Of a stretch of 64,000 bases of DNA, positions 18,362 to 29,797 are shown in pieces. The translations under genes and the position numbers were made by a program. Location of the stretch: IMG/VR virus record IMGVR_UViG_3300044620_001996; one strand, given 5' to 3'. This DNA comes from an uncultured virus (IMG/VR IMGVR_UViG_3300044620_001996) (lineage: Duplodnaviria > Heunggongvirae > Uroviricota > Caudoviricetes). The stretch's first letter is position 1. Each line of letters starts with the position of its first letter. The notes below the pieces were generated by a model. That model saw nothing but the letters and a program-made list of their open reading frames with translations, was not told the DNA's origin and did no database searches.

Positions 18362-19045
18362 ATGCACTCCGCCCTCACCGTCCGGTCTTCCAACTCGAAG
18401 ACCGGACCCATCGCCGTGTCCACCACGGCCCGCCCCAGCTGCCCACCCACCTGCCCCCTCGCCGGCGACGATGGCTGCTACGCCGAGGCCGGCTACTACA
18501 CCCGCGACCACTGGGACCGCGTCACCGATGGCACCCGCGGCGTCCCACCCGAACAGTTCATCGCCCAGGTAGCGGCCCTCCGCCCCGCCACCTTCTTCCG
18601 CCACGACGTCGCCGGGGACCTCTGGCACGAGGCCGGCCGCATCCACGCCGCCCTGCTGCGCCGCCTCGCCAACGCCACCCGCCACCTCGGCGCCGCCTGG
18701 ACCTACACCCACCACCTCCGCACCACCGCCAACCTCGCCGCCATCCGCAGCGCCCTCCGCCGCGGCTTCGTCGTCAACCTCTCCACCGAATCCCGCTCCG
18801 AGGCCGCCCGCTTCACCCGCCGCGGATACCCCACCGTTTGCGTCGTCCCCGAGGACGCCCCCGCCCACTTCGAGCACGACGGCATCCGCTTCCGCCAATG
18901 CCCCGCCACCTTCGATGGCTCCCCCACGCAGTGCGCCACCTGCGGCGGAGGCACGCCGCTTTGCGCCCGCGCTGACCGCACCTTCGTCGTGACCTTCCCT
19001 GTCCACGGCAACCGCTCCGCCACCGCTGCCACCTCCTGCTCATGA
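18362..19045 (+). CDS. GP88-like (radical-SAM-like) Fe-S protein
   Basis: SNSKTG, CPPTCP..GCYA, FRHDVAGD, WTYTH, VNLS, CPA...CATC..LC. Confidence 0.6.
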   Translation: MHSALTVRSSNSKTGPIAVSTTARPSCPPTCPLAGDDGCYAEAGYYTRDHWDRVTDGTRGVPPEQFIAQVAALRPATFFRHDVAGDLWHEAGRIHAALLRRLANATRHLGAAWTYTHHLRTTANLAAIRSALRRGFVVNLSTESRSEAARFTRRGYPTVCVVPEDAPAHFEHDGIRFRQCPATFDGSPTQCATCGGGTPLCARADRTFVVTFPVHGNRSATAATSCS

Positions 19046-19999
19046 CCCGCCCCCGCCGCCCCACCCCTCCCTGGGTCCGCGCCGAACACATCGCCGGACT
19101 GTGCCTCGGCCTGGCCCTCGCCGCCATGGCCGTCGACTACGGCTACCAGCGCCCCAGCGACACACTGCGCCCCACCCCCACCCTCTACACAGGCCCATGA
19201 CCGACACCCCCGATCCCCGCCCCCTCTCCCCCCGCGACCCCGAGCCCGACGCTCCACCCATCCGCGTCTGGCACTTCCTCTCCGCCGACCTCGAACACGA
19301 GCACTGGGTGGAGGACCCCACCGAGGTCGAGCCCCTCCTCATCGAGTACGCCACCCGCGCGCAGCCCTACACCCTCAACCACTACGTGGAAGATCCGCAC
19401 TAACTGCAGCAAAGCTGCTAACTTCCTTGCGCTCCTCACCGATCCTTGCTAAACCTCACGCAGATGCGTAACCCCACCCGCACAACCCGCACCTACAGCC
19501 CCACCGGCGCCATCGGCCGCCGTCTCACCGCAGCCCACGAGCTGCAACTCCAATCGCAGCGCATCACCGCTGAGCTCACCGCTCACCGCACCTGGCTCTG
19601 CGACCGCATGGAGCGCCTCGACCTCGACCGCATCGAGCAGGGCGACCTCATCGTCACCCGCAAACTCCGCCACCGCTGGACCTACACCCCCGAGACCGAG
19701 GCCGCCATGGAGGCCCTCCGCAAAACCCAACTCCGCGAGCAGGCCGAAGGCCTCGCCACCGACTCCCCCACCGTCTACGTCGCCCTCACCACTCAGTTCC
19801 TGCCATGAGCCTCACAGCCCTCTCCCCCACCGAGCTCCACCACACCGTCACCGCCATGGAGCGCCACGGCGGCGGCTTCTGCCGCGCCCTCGCCGCCGCC
19901 TGGTACGTCGCCGACCCCAGCAACAAGCGCCGCCTCGAGAACGCCTTCAACCACATCCTCGAGGACTTCGCCCCCGGCTCTTACTTCTACAACCGCTGA
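19042..19999 (+). CDS. Small early hypothetical genes (19042-19200 with TM, 19197-19403, about 19464-19808, 19805-19999)
   Basis: Mostly coupled ORFs with the genome's codon bias. Confidence 0.55.
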
Positions 20000-20164
20000 C
20001 CCCATGCGCATCATCACCCTTCAAGTCGTGCGCGAGCACGGCACCGAGCCACGCCTTGCCGTTCAAGTGGACGGCCGCCGTGGCGTCCCTTCATTCCTCG
20101 CCCCTGAGGACGTTGGCACCTGGATCCAGGGCTTCATCGCCGCACTCCCCCCGCTGGAGGACTG

Positions 20165-20485
20165 ATGCGCCGCTTGCTCCTCTCCTTCGCAGCCGCCGCG
20201 CTCTGCACCCCCGCGCACGCGCGCACCGTCACCGCCACCGTCTACGACGGCTGGTACCACGGCCGTATCACCTACTGCGGTGATGTCTACCGCCACTGGG
20301 AAACCTCCGCCGCCCATCCCTGGCTCCCCTGCGGCACCCGAGTGCGCGTCTCCCACCGAGGCCGCACCCTCACGGTGCCCATCACCGACCGCTGCGACTG
20401 CGCAAGTTTGGATCTCAGCGCCGGCGCCGCCTACCGCCTCGGCGTCCCCCTAGACGGCATCGCCTCCGTGCACATCTCTTACTGA
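20165..20485 (+). CDS. RlpA-like double-psi beta-barrel protein with signal peptide
   Basis: Signal peptide MRRLLLSFAAAALCTPAHA; ATVY..YHGRIT..SAAHPWLPCGTRVRV..ITDR..LDLS. Confidence 0.8.
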   Translation: MRRLLLSFAAAALCTPAHARTVTATVYDGWYHGRITYCGDVYRHWETSAAHPWLPCGTRVRVSHRGRTLTVPITDRCDCASLDLSAGAAYRLGVPLDGIASVHISY

Positions 20486-20490
20486 GTCTC

Positions 20491-21238
20491 ATGAGTCTCA
20501 CTATCCGCTACCTCCGCAAGGAGCTCCTCCACTTCACCGACGGCACCATCGCCGAACACACCCGCAAAGAAGTGGAGCGCCTGTCTTCCCTCGAGCACGA
20601 ACCACCCCCCGTTAGCCGGGGTGTCGGCGCATTCCTCGTCCCCGCCTCTGACCACTACCTGCAGTCCTGGCGTGACATCAATCCCGCCATCCGCAACGTC
20701 ACCTTCTCCTACACACGCGTATGACTGACCTCACCCTTCCCACTGTTCATCTAAACGGCACCAGCCGCGCCACCCTCTCTGAGGGCTACTTCAACGCCTA
20801 CCGCGCCCTGCAAGACGCCATCCGCGCCTTCAACGAGATCGAGTTCAACTGCCGCGACTACTACGTCCAGCCCGCCGGCGCCTGGGCCACAGCCGTCACC
20901 GAGCGCGACGCCGCCGCAGCCCACCTCCGCGCGGTCCAGCAGTACCTCGAAGCCCACCTCATCCACCTCGGCGAATGAACGACCCTGCTTTCAACCTGCT
21001 CCAGCTTGAGTTGCGCCCCAACTGGTACGACCACCTCAGCGCCGTCGAGGCCGCCATGGCCGCCCAGGACCGCATCGACACCGCCCGCTTCCGCGCCGGC
21101 TGGTCCGGCGATGAGGGCGGCTGGTACTCCCCCGACGGCATCCACGAATCCGACTGGGAGCTCGAGGGCTACCCCTTCCCCGAGGACGAGGGCTACGCCA
21201 CCTTCTGGCACGCCTACATCCACAGCGCCCCCGTCTGA
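20491..21238 (+). CDS. Three small hypothetical genes (20491-20724, 20721-20978, 20975-21238)
   Basis: ATGA-coupled ORFs. Confidence 0.65.
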
Positions 21239-21309
21239 CCACCCGGAGGGCTGCGCCTCCGCTACCAACGCAGCCGGTTCCGCCGGCCCAGCACCCCTAC
21301 CGCACCACC

Positions 21310-22392
21310 ATGCGCGACTACAACCCCAACACCGTCACCACCGCCTACGCCGCCGACGGCCGCGGCCCTGCCGTTTACGGCAAGTACCGCGAGCACGGCT
21401 ACGCCGTGAACCCCCTCACCGCCCAGCTCGGCACCTTCGTCCCCGAGCGCGCCTCCGCCACCGAGGCCTTCGCCATCGCCGGCCTCAACTGGACCGCCGA
21501 GAAGCGCCCCGTCTTCTACATGGGCCCCGACGGCCGCCGCATCGAGGCCCCCGACCACTGCTCCATCGTCCGCAGTGACAACGACGCCCTGCTCGGCATC
21601 CACGGCACCGCCTACACCCCGGTGCAGAACGACGCCCTGATCAACCTCCTCGACTACCTCCGCGAGAACATCCACCTCGAGACCGTCCTCTCCATCCGCG
21701 ACGGCCGCCGCGTCTTCGCCACCGCCGCCATCGACACCGAGAGCGAAGTCGTCCCCGGCGACCGCGTCCGCCGCTACCTCCACCTCTTCAACTCCCACGA
21801 CGGCAGCTCCGGCTTCGGCGTCTTCTTCAGCGACGTCCGCCTCGCCTGCGCCAATCAGCTCAACTACCTGACCGGCCGCGCCGCCACCGCTGCCGCGTCC
21901 GCAGGCACCGGCCTCCGTCGCAAGCACACCAGCAGCGTCACCGAGTTCGCCCGCCATCTCCCGCAGCTGATCGACATCGAGCGCCGCACCTTCGCCGCCT
22001 CCATCGACGAGCTGCGCTCCCTCGCCAGCCTGCGCCTCACCCCCGAGACCGCCCGCCGCGTCCTCGAAGCCACCTACGCCGACAAACTCACCACCCCCAT
22101 CCGCGACAAATCCACCGGCGACAAGCGCCCCCGCGTGCTCGCCGACCTCCCCGAGATCGCCACCATCCGCAGCCACTACTCCGGCACAACGGGCCTCGGC
22201 ATCCACGACATCCCCGGCATCCCCGGCACCGCTTACGCCCTCTTCAACGCCATCACCCAGCACGCCACCCACGACTCCGGCCGTGCCACCGACTCCACCG
22301 AGCGCGCCCGGGCCCGCCTCGAAGCGCTCTGGGGCGGCGCTGCTGCCAAGCGCATCGAGCGCGCCCGCGAAGCCTGCTTGGCGCTGGTGTAG
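21310..22392 (+). CDS. DUF932/TIGR03299-family phage/plasmid protein
   Basis: AGLNW, YTPVQN, GRRVF, NSHDGS, VRLACANQL, TAYALFNAIT. Confidence 0.8.
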   Translation: MRDYNPNTVTTAYAADGRGPAVYGKYREHGYAVNPLTAQLGTFVPERASATEAFAIAGLNWTAEKRPVFYMGPDGRRIEAPDHCSIVRSDNDALLGIHGTAYTPVQNDALINLLDYLRENIHLETVLSIRDGRRVFATAAIDTESEVVPGDRVRRYLHLFNSHDGSSGFGVFFSDVRLACANQLNYLTGRAATAAASAGTGLRRKHTSSVTEFARHLPQLIDIERRTFAASIDELRSLASLRLTPETARRVLEATYADKLTTPIRDKSTGDKRPRVLADLPEIATIRSHYSGTTGLGIHDIPGIPGTAYALFNAITQHATHDSGRATDSTERARARLEALWGGAAAKRIERAREACLALV

Positions 22393-22456
22393 CCAGCACC
22401 CTGCTGTGGCCGGCTCCGCCGGCCTTCCTACCCTTGCCCTAGAGCGCCCTCCAGCC

Positions 22457-24543
22457 GTGCAAATACCCGACAGCCCTGAGGCACTCTTCGAGCACCTCAG
22501 CGACAGCAGCGTCCGCGAGATGTTCTCCAACTACGACGCCCTGCGCCCCCGACACCGCAAGCTCGTCCACCTGCTCCACACCGAGCTCACCAAGGGCGAA
22601 CTCAGCGACTCGGCCTTCATGGACACGATCGCCTTCATCACCCTGCTCTGGCGCTGCTTCAACCGCACCGCCTGCTTGCAGATCGAGCAGCTGATCGACG
22701 ACCACGACGAGCTCGAACCTCGCTGGATCAACGCCGCCCTCGACTACGCCCGCGTCAACCAGTTCATCGACGCATGCCTCAACCTCTACGACGCCGCCCC
22801 CGACCTAACCGAGCTCGACGGCGAGAGCACCTACCACATCCGACGCACCTTGCCAGACTGATAAAGCCGGCCCTCCCCGAGCGCTGAGCGCCGCCCGGCC
22901 CACTCTTCACTCCCCTTCACGGCCCTGCCGTTGCTTTCGCATGGCTTCGCTTGCGTTCGCCTACTACGACCTGTGCAACCCCACCACAGGCACCATCCTC
23001 TATCGCACTTGCGCCACCACCTCCGAGATCCTCCAAGCCAATGCCCGACTACGAGACAGCGGGATATCCAGCCGCTACTACCCAGCCGACACCTTCCACG
23101 CGCCTCTACTACACGATCCGCGCTGAGGGCGGCTTCCTCGCCGCCAGCCACGCCTCCGACGGTCCACCCATCACGACAACCGCCGCCCCCGAGAGCGCCA
23201 CGCGCTTCGTCGACATCCTGACCGCCGGTCGCCGCGCCGCCGCGCTACAGCAACTCGGCTGGCGCGACCTGCGCGTCATCGCCATCTACCTCCCATCCAC
23301 ACGCCCATGAGTAAAGCCGTCCCCCCTGAGCGCTACACCGAACTGATCACCCTTGCGGAAGCCCACTACTCCCGCCAAGGCTTCGTCAAGTGGAGCGCCC
23401 TGGCCACCGAGCTCGGCCTCAGCCGCCAACGCATCCTCCAGCTCATGCAGCAGGCCGTCGGCCTCGGCTACATCACCAGCGACGACCTCGACCGCTATCG
23501 CTCCGAGGCCGCCCGCCGCATGGCCGCCCGCACCAACCGCGAGCTACGCCGCGATCTGGAGCGCCTCAAGCTGCAGGTCGTACTCACCCCCGACAACCTC
23601 AGCTGGCTCGACGCCGCGCTCGCTGCCGCCCCCTACGGCATCACCCGCAGCGACCTGATCAACACAGCTATTGCACATTTCCGCACAGCCACCAATGCGT
23701 AAAGCCACCCTCTTCCGCTCCATAGCCCGCTACTGCTCCGAGCTCGCCCCCATCGCCGGCCCCGTGCTGCTCAGCGCCGCCGACCTCGCAGGCGCCCTCG
23801 AACGCGCCGCCCTACCGGCAGCCGCACCACCCGCCAAGCTGCCGGGATCCCCCGAGGACGACTGATCCGCACCTCTTGCCCACCCACATCGACCCTCTGC
23901 AACTCCCTGATGACCACTTCATCGAGCGCGCCCGCGCCATGTGCGCGACAAAGATCCCTCACCTGAACCGCCAGGCAGCTGCCGCGCACCTCCGCCGCGG
24001 CAGCTACAACGGCACCCCGTATCACTGCCCTATCTGTGGCGACTGGCACACCACGACCTACGACCGTGCCCAAGCCAAACGCTTCGCTCGCCGCTTGTCC
24101 CGCCTACTCCGCAACTAAATGCAACGCACAAAGCTTTATCAAGCCCGCCTTCAATGCCGCACTATCGGCTTGATGGCATTTGACTTAGAAGATGCTAAGG
24201 TCTGTCTGCAAGAGCTTTACCCCAATGAAACGATACTAAGTCTCATACTCGCTCCCGAATGGTGCAACGACGATGACGCTGCGTAGCACCCACACCAAAT
24301 GACCCTGCACGAGATCGAACTACTAACAGCTATCTACATAGCTGCTTGCTTCCTTCTATTGTTCATCGCCTCCAAACTCCTGCCATGACAATCGACCCCA
24401 AAACAGAACAGCGTCGTCAGGACTACCTCGACGCCCTGTACGAACGCAGCGGCCGCATCTGCAGCACCTACACCGGCCTCTACCAAGAGCGCCTCACCGA
24501 GCTCGTCCAACGCGACATGCAGGAGATCCTCAGCGATGCCTGA
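22457..24543 (+). CDS. Hypothetical genes, including an HTH/RHH-like protein (23307-23702) and a Zn-finger protein (23876-24118)
   Basis: LATELGLSRQRILQL HTH and TRSDLI; YHCPICGDWH. Confidence 0.55.
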
Positions 24544-26223
24544 CTATGCAACACCCGAGCAGTGGGCCCAGTGCGAGGAGTGGGTGAACAACCCCGTCGT
24601 CGGAGCTACCGATGCTTGCCTCCTGGAGCTCCGCACCAGGGTCAGCGCGCTTGAAGACGACAGCTGGAAGCAAGCAGAGAGCGCCCGCTTCTGCGTTGAT
24701 GTACTGGTCAAGCGCATCGAAGCGCTGGAGGCCAACTCCAAGCGAACTTCTAATCCAAGCCAAATTAGGAGTTCGCTTGTTGAGGATCTCGCCGATCTGA
24801 TCGCTGTGCAGACCAAGGATCACGGCACCGAGGACGACACAGCCGCCCGGGCAGTCCTCAACGCTGTCGCCCTCTGGCTCAGCCAACACGCCGGCGGCAC
24901 CCGCGCCTGCTGGCTCCTCGAGCGCGAGGCAGAGCGATGACACAACACCCCATCACCCCGCCGCCGGAGCTGGAGTCGTGCTGTGAGTGGATCCCCAAGT
25001 GGACACCTTGGGACGCTGATCAACTCCGTGCCGCCCGCCGGCCCGATCCACTGAGCTTGAAGGAACAGGCGCTTGAGCAGTTGGATGGAATTGCAGCCGT
25101 ATTCCGAATGTCTCACGGTGGCAACCTCGTATGTGACACCATCCGCCGCGCACTGGAGCAGCTCGATGACTGATTTCTTGAATCTAAAAATCTCCCAGAA
25201 GCAAATCGTCTGCCCCAAGCACGGCACGCACAAGTACGACATCAGCAGCGACATCGAAGGCCACGAAGGGCACTGGTGCATGTTGTGTTGGCTTGAAAGC
25301 CTTGGCCCCTCACTGCCCCTTGTGGAGGAGCAGCTTGATGACTGACCATCTCACCTCCCGCGCCCAGCGTCTAATCGAAGAGTTTGAGTACGGCGAAAGC
25401 GTTCGCGAGGGCATTGCCAACGTGCTGCTGCACTTGGCCGCCACCTGGGACAACTACAGCGATGGCGACGAGTATTGGCACGGGGTAACGGTTGACACCC
25501 TTGAAGAGTTTGCCACTGAATTAACCGCTCCCACCTTGCTTGACCGAGCTCTGGCCGGTGATCGTGCTGCCGCCAGGCAGTTCCTGCAGGAGGCAGGCTT
25601 TGTTGACGAGCACGGCCAACTCACTGCTCCCTATCGACTGGAGACCCCCGATGATTGACAACCGAATGATACAAGCATTCATGATTGGTTTTTTGGCTAA
25701 TCCCATGCTCTGGATCGCAATCCATCACTTGATCAATTACCGTCAATGACTGGCCTAATCTCACTTGAAGAGCACAACAAAAAGCACGGTACTCTTTATG
25801 ACTTCACACATCCCCGTAGAAACGGAATTGCTTGTCCAGCCTGTGGTTGCGAATTGATAGATTCCAACCCTTCTACGGTGCTTGCTAGTTATCCCCCTCA
25901 ATATCGCGTTCATTGTTCGTCTTGTGACTACCATGGCACCCGCTTCTGATCTCTCCCCCGCCGCTCGTGCAGTCCTAGATGCCGCCTATCGGCGTATGGA
26001 CGACAATCCGCACAACGAGGTAGAGGCAACGCTCGCCGCCGCCCTTCGCGCCGCTGTTGATCAGGTGGTGCCAGATCAAAAAGAGCCAGCCAGCTCACCA
26101 CACATGGGCAATTTCATCACCCATGCACATTGGCGCCAATGCCAGGCTATCCGCAACCAACTCCTTGCTCTTGCCACTGAGCTTGAGCCCAGTAATTACG
26201 CCCTTGACTCACTAACCGAATGA
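24536..26223 (+). CDS. Variable block of small cyanophage-type ORFs (24536-24940, 24937-25173, 25166-25345, 25338-25658, 25651-25749, 25746-25949, 25933-26223)
   Basis: Overlapping start/stop junctions; weaker C-skew than flanks; two CxxC/CxxH zinc-ribbon ORFs. Confidence 0.6.
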
Positions 26224-26615
26224 AAAACAACACCACCTTCACCATCAGCGTCACCATCGCGAGTCTCGCCGCGCTCGCTTTCATCCTCTGGGGCCTGCCA
26301 CAACTCGGCGTCTACAACCGCACCCTCGCCGGTAAAGCCGCACTGATGGAAGCCGAGAGCACCCGCCAGGTGAAAGTCCTCGAAGCCAAAGCCAAGAAAG
26401 ACTCCGCCTCGCTCGAGGCCGAAGCCGAGATTGAGCGTGCCAAAGGCGTCGCCGAAGCCAACCGCATCATCGGCGACTCCCTCAAGGACAACCCTCGCTA
26501 CCTCCAATACCTCTACATCGTTGGCCTCCAAGAAGGCAGCGAAAAAGGCAACCGCACCATCTACGTCCCCACCGAGGGCGGCCTCCCTATCCCCACCCTC
26601 GGCATCGAAAAGTGA
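26220..26615 (+). CDS. SPFH/band-7-like membrane protein (short form)
   Basis: N-terminal TM; AEAEIERAKGVAEANRIIGDSL..YLQYL..IYVPTEGGLP. Confidence 0.65.
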   Translation: MKNNTTFTISVTIASLAALAFILWGLPQLGVYNRTLAGKAALMEAESTRQVKVLEAKAKKDSASLEAEAEIERAKGVAEANRIIGDSLKDNPRYLQYLYIVGLQEGSEKGNRTIYVPTEGGLPIPTLGIEK

Positions 26616-26818
26616 CTTCCATGGATTACGACCCCAACTACCTCGTCTATCAAGTCGGCTGCATCGAGTGCGGCGTCAGCTCTTATCCCATCAAGACCTG
26701 CGCAACCCTCGACGAAGCCAAATCCGTAGCCACCTCCCACCCCAGCACCTGGGACACCGAGGGCGGCGAAGGCTACGTCACCATCATCGACCTCCACACC
26801 TGCAAAACCGTCGCATGA
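26612..26818 (+). CDS. Hypothetical protein
   Basis: 68-aa coupled ORF with CIEC. Confidence 0.55.
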   Translation: MTSMDYDPNYLVYQVGCIECGVSSYPIKTCATLDEAKSVATSHPSTWDTEGGEGYVTIIDLHTCKTVA

Positions 26819-27549
26819 GTACCTCTCCCATCGACCCTCACTTCCGCGTCGAAGTTTTATCCCGCACTGAGCACCCCCAAACGCTCTGCTGGTGGGCCAT
26901 GCACCAGGACTACTCCGAGAACTTCGTCTTTGATGAAGACCCCCCATCTGAATCCGAGGCCGGCGCCCTCATCGTCAAACACCTCCTCGCCGGCGAGCGA
27001 GGCCACTACGGACCCCTCGAACACCCCGCCATCACCTTCAACGTCGGCGGCTTCCCCCACTCGGTGATGCAGCAAGCTCGCACCCACCGCGTCGGCGTCA
27101 GCTTCGACGTTCAATCCGGCCGCTACACCGGCCGCCGCATCCTCGACGTCTGCACCGGCACCCGCGACGCCGAAGAAGTCTTCTACCTCCGTCCCGTCGG
27201 TACCTACCGAGACCGCCAAGGCAAGAAGTACGACTACACCGAAGACCAGCGGATCATCCACCGCATCATCTGCATCGACTCCGCCGCCCGCTACAAACTC
27301 GCCATCGAGAACGGCTTCAGCGAAGAACACGCCCGGGACATCATCCCCTACGCCATCCGCCAGGACTTCGTGGTGTCCTTCAACCTGCGCTCACTACTGC
27401 ACTTCATGGATCTCCGCGCCAAGCGCGACGCCCAACTCGAAATCCAGGCGCTCTGCGATCTGATGTGGCCTCACCTCGAAGCGTGGGCCCCCGAGATCGC
27501 CGCCTGGTACGCCGCCTCGCGGCTACACAAAGCCCGCCTTGCACCTTGA
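26815..27549 (+). CDS. thyX: Flavin-dependent thymidylate synthase
   Basis: GHYGPLEH, QARTHRVGVSFDVQSGRY, EHAR, NLRS..HF.DLR...AQLEI (cyanobacterial type). Confidence 0.93.
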   Translation: MSTSPIDPHFRVEVLSRTEHPQTLCWWAMHQDYSENFVFDEDPPSESEAGALIVKHLLAGERGHYGPLEHPAITFNVGGFPHSVMQQARTHRVGVSFDVQSGRYTGRRILDVCTGTRDAEEVFYLRPVGTYRDRQGKKYDYTEDQRIIHRIICIDSAARYKLAIENGFSEEHARDIIPYAIRQDFVVSFNLRSLLHFMDLRAKRDAQLEIQALCDLMWPHLEAWAPEIAAWYAASRLHKARLAP

Positions 27550-27552
27550 ACC

Positions 27553-27957
27553 ATGACTGACAAACCCTATACGTTCGCTGACCTCCGCACGATCGTGCCC
27601 GCTGCAACACCTGCTTGGATACGAGTTATCGAAGTGTACGTAGCCGAACAAGAAGATAAGTCGCTAACCAAAGAATGGACAGACGAAGTAATTCCTGTTC
27701 TTGCGTATGCAACCTTACCCAATGGAGAAGGTGCGTTTCTAATTTATTACAACGATAGGTATCCATCAGGACCAACATGGGTTACTCGATATACAGGCCC
27801 AGATCGGTACACGGACTCATCTAAGGTCCGCATAGAGTTGAGTGTAGGTAACCAGCCCATAAAGGGGGCATCTTGTGAAATTACAGAAGGTCATAAATAT
27901 GTCTCCACAGATGTAAGCCCCTTCGAGCCCGGCGAATGTCTTTGGTGGGTTCTCTGA
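27553..27957 (+). CDS. AT-rich hypothetical protein
   Basis: 134-aa ORF with atypical codon use. Confidence 0.6.
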   Translation: MTDKPYTFADLRTIVPAATPAWIRVIEVYVAEQEDKSLTKEWTDEVIPVLAYATLPNGEGAFLIYYNDRYPSGPTWVTRYTGPDRYTDSSKVRIELSVGNQPIKGASCEITEGHKYVSTDVSPFEPGECLWWVL

Positions 27958-27958
27958 T

Positions 27959-28135
27959 ATGGCCTCCCCCCTCCTCATCACCATCCGCTCTACCCCCGAC
28001 GGCTACTACCGCTGGGAACTCCACGACGGCCCTGACGGCGCCTTCACCTACGCCGGCACCGCACCCCTCCTCGAGCGCTGTTTCGAGGACATCATCCGCG
28101 CCCAGTGGGCCCTAGCCGAACACCTCACCACGTGA
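27959..28135 (+). CDS. Small hypothetical protein (not in the ORF track)
   Basis: 58 aa, MASPLLITIR...AEHLTT. Confidence 0.55.
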   Translation: MASPLLITIRSTPDGYYRWELHDGPDGAFTYAGTAPLLERCFEDIIRAQWALAEHLTT

Positions 28136-28611
28136 CAACCCCCTGCCCCGAGTGCGGCACCACCCACACCCACGTCATCCGCACTGACCACCTCCGCAAC
28201 GGCACCATCCGCCGCCGCCACGCCTGCTACTCCTGCACTCACCGCTGGACCACACTCGACGGCCCTCTCCCACCACGCGCCGCCCCCGCACCCCGCTCAA
28301 GCCACCACAGTTGGATCGGCCTCACCGAGAGCGACATCGTCCACATCCTCCGCTCCCCTCTCTCCGACACCGCTCTCGCACCCCTCTACAGCTGCAGCCG
28401 CCAATCCATCTCCAACATCCGCAGCGGCCGCAGCTTTGCCACAGTCCGCCCTGACATCCCCCGGCGCTCTCCGCGCCATCAATACTCCGCGGACGGCCCC
28501 ACCTGCGCCAGCTGCTCCCACTGGAGCGGCTCCCGCTGTGGCTTCGGCTACCCCGAGGCCGCCGAAGACCCCCGCTTCGCCCAGGACTGCGACCTCTACT
28601 TGGCCGCATAA
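28132..28611 (+). CDS. NrdR-like zinc ribbon plus HTH protein
   Basis: CPECG..T.V..T....IRRRH.C..C..RWTT; LAPLYSCSRQSISNIRSG; C-terminal Cys cluster. Confidence 0.65.
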   Translation: MTTPCPECGTTHTHVIRTDHLRNGTIRRRHACYSCTHRWTTLDGPLPPRAAPAPRSSHHSWIGLTESDIVHILRSPLSDTALAPLYSCSRQSISNIRSGRSFATVRPDIPRRSPRHQYSADGPTCASCSHWSGSRCGFGYPEAAEDPRFAQDCDLYLAA

Positions 28612-28630
28612 CACCATCACGCTACCGTTA

Positions 28631-29239
28631 ATGCTCCTCTCCGACACCGAGATCACGACCCTGGCCACCGAGGCCGGCATGATCACACCCTTCATCCCTG
28701 CCCTGGTCCGCACCCGCCGCGACGAGCGCCGTGTCCTCAGCTACGGCCTCTCCAGCTACGGATACGACCTCCGCCTCAGCGACCGTGAGTTCCTCGTCTT
28801 CCAGCCGCTACGCGAGCCCGGCACTAACAACCACGCTGTAGTTGATCCCAAGGACTTCAATCCAGCTCACCTGAAGCCTGTACCCCTCCACAACACCTCC
28901 GAGGGCGATTCGTACTTTGTGCTACCCGCACACAGCTACGGCCTTGGTGTTGCTGTCGAATGCTTACAAATACCGTCAGACATTACCGCACAATTCATCG
29001 GAAAAAGCACTTATGCACGCTGCGGAGTAATTGCTAACTTAACGCCCGGAGAAGCCGGCTGGAAAGGGCACCTCACCCTCGAATTCAGCAACAGCTCTGA
29101 CTCTCCCTGCCGCATCTATGCCAACGAAGGCATTGTCCAGGCGCTGTTCTACCGCGGAGCTCCTTGCGCTACCTGCTACGAAACCCGCGCCGGTAAGTAT
29201 CAGGACCAACCCGAGCGCGTCGTAACCGCACGCATCTAG
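28631..29239 (+). CDS. dcd: dCTP deaminase
   Basis: LSYGLSSYGYDLRL, GKSTYARCG, TPGEAGWKGHLTLE, YANEGIVQ, GKYQDQ. Confidence 0.93.
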   Translation: MLLSDTEITTLATEAGMITPFIPALVRTRRDERRVLSYGLSSYGYDLRLSDREFLVFQPLREPGTNNHAVVDPKDFNPAHLKPVPLHNTSEGDSYFVLPAHSYGLGVAVECLQIPSDITAQFIGKSTYARCGVIANLTPGEAGWKGHLTLEFSNSSDSPCRIYANEGIVQALFYRGAPCATCYETRAGKYQDQPERVVTARI

Positions 29240-29302
29240 CCAACTTCAATCGCACCCGTATATTCTTCCGCTAGTCTGAACCTATCGGAACACTTACGCC
29301 CA

Positions 29303-29797
29303 GTGGTTGATCGCGTCTACGGCCCCGACGGCCTTAACGAGCGCCAACGCATCGCTGCCAACTTTCTCGCGCGCGGCACCACCATCCGTGAAACCGCGCG
29401 CAAGATTGGCGTCAGCGAAAAGTCCGTCTACACCTGGCGTCAGCGCCCCGCCGTCCAGCAAGCCATTTCCCGCATTCAGCAGGAACTCCTCTCCGAGACC
29501 GGCGGGATGAACATCAGCACAATCCCCGCTGCCATTCAGGTCCTCGACAGCATCATCAACGACGACGGCGCCCGGGCTGCCGACCGCATCTCCGCCGCCC
29601 GCACGCTGATGAGCGGAGCCCAGGCCTACCAAGAGCGCCGCATCCTGGAGCGCCAAATCGCCGACCTCGAGCGCCAGCTCCTCCGCCTCACGGCACCCGC
29701 CGACGTCGACACCACCGCTGTACCTCCGCCGGCTGAAGACCTCGATCCCGACGACCTGCTGCTCCCCTCTGCCGACCCCGAGGACTTCGACAGCTGA
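29303..29797 (+). CDS. terS: Terminase small subunit (HTH)
   Basis: HTH TIRETARKIGVSEKSVYTW; directly upstream of terL. Confidence 0.7.
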   Translation: MVDRVYGPDGLNERQRIAANFLARGTTIRETARKIGVSEKSVYTWRQRPAVQQAISRIQQELLSETGGMNISTIPAAIQVLDSIINDDGARAADRISAARTLMSGAQAYQERRILERQIADLERQLLRLTAPADVDTTAVPPPAEDLDPDDLLLPSADPEDFDS

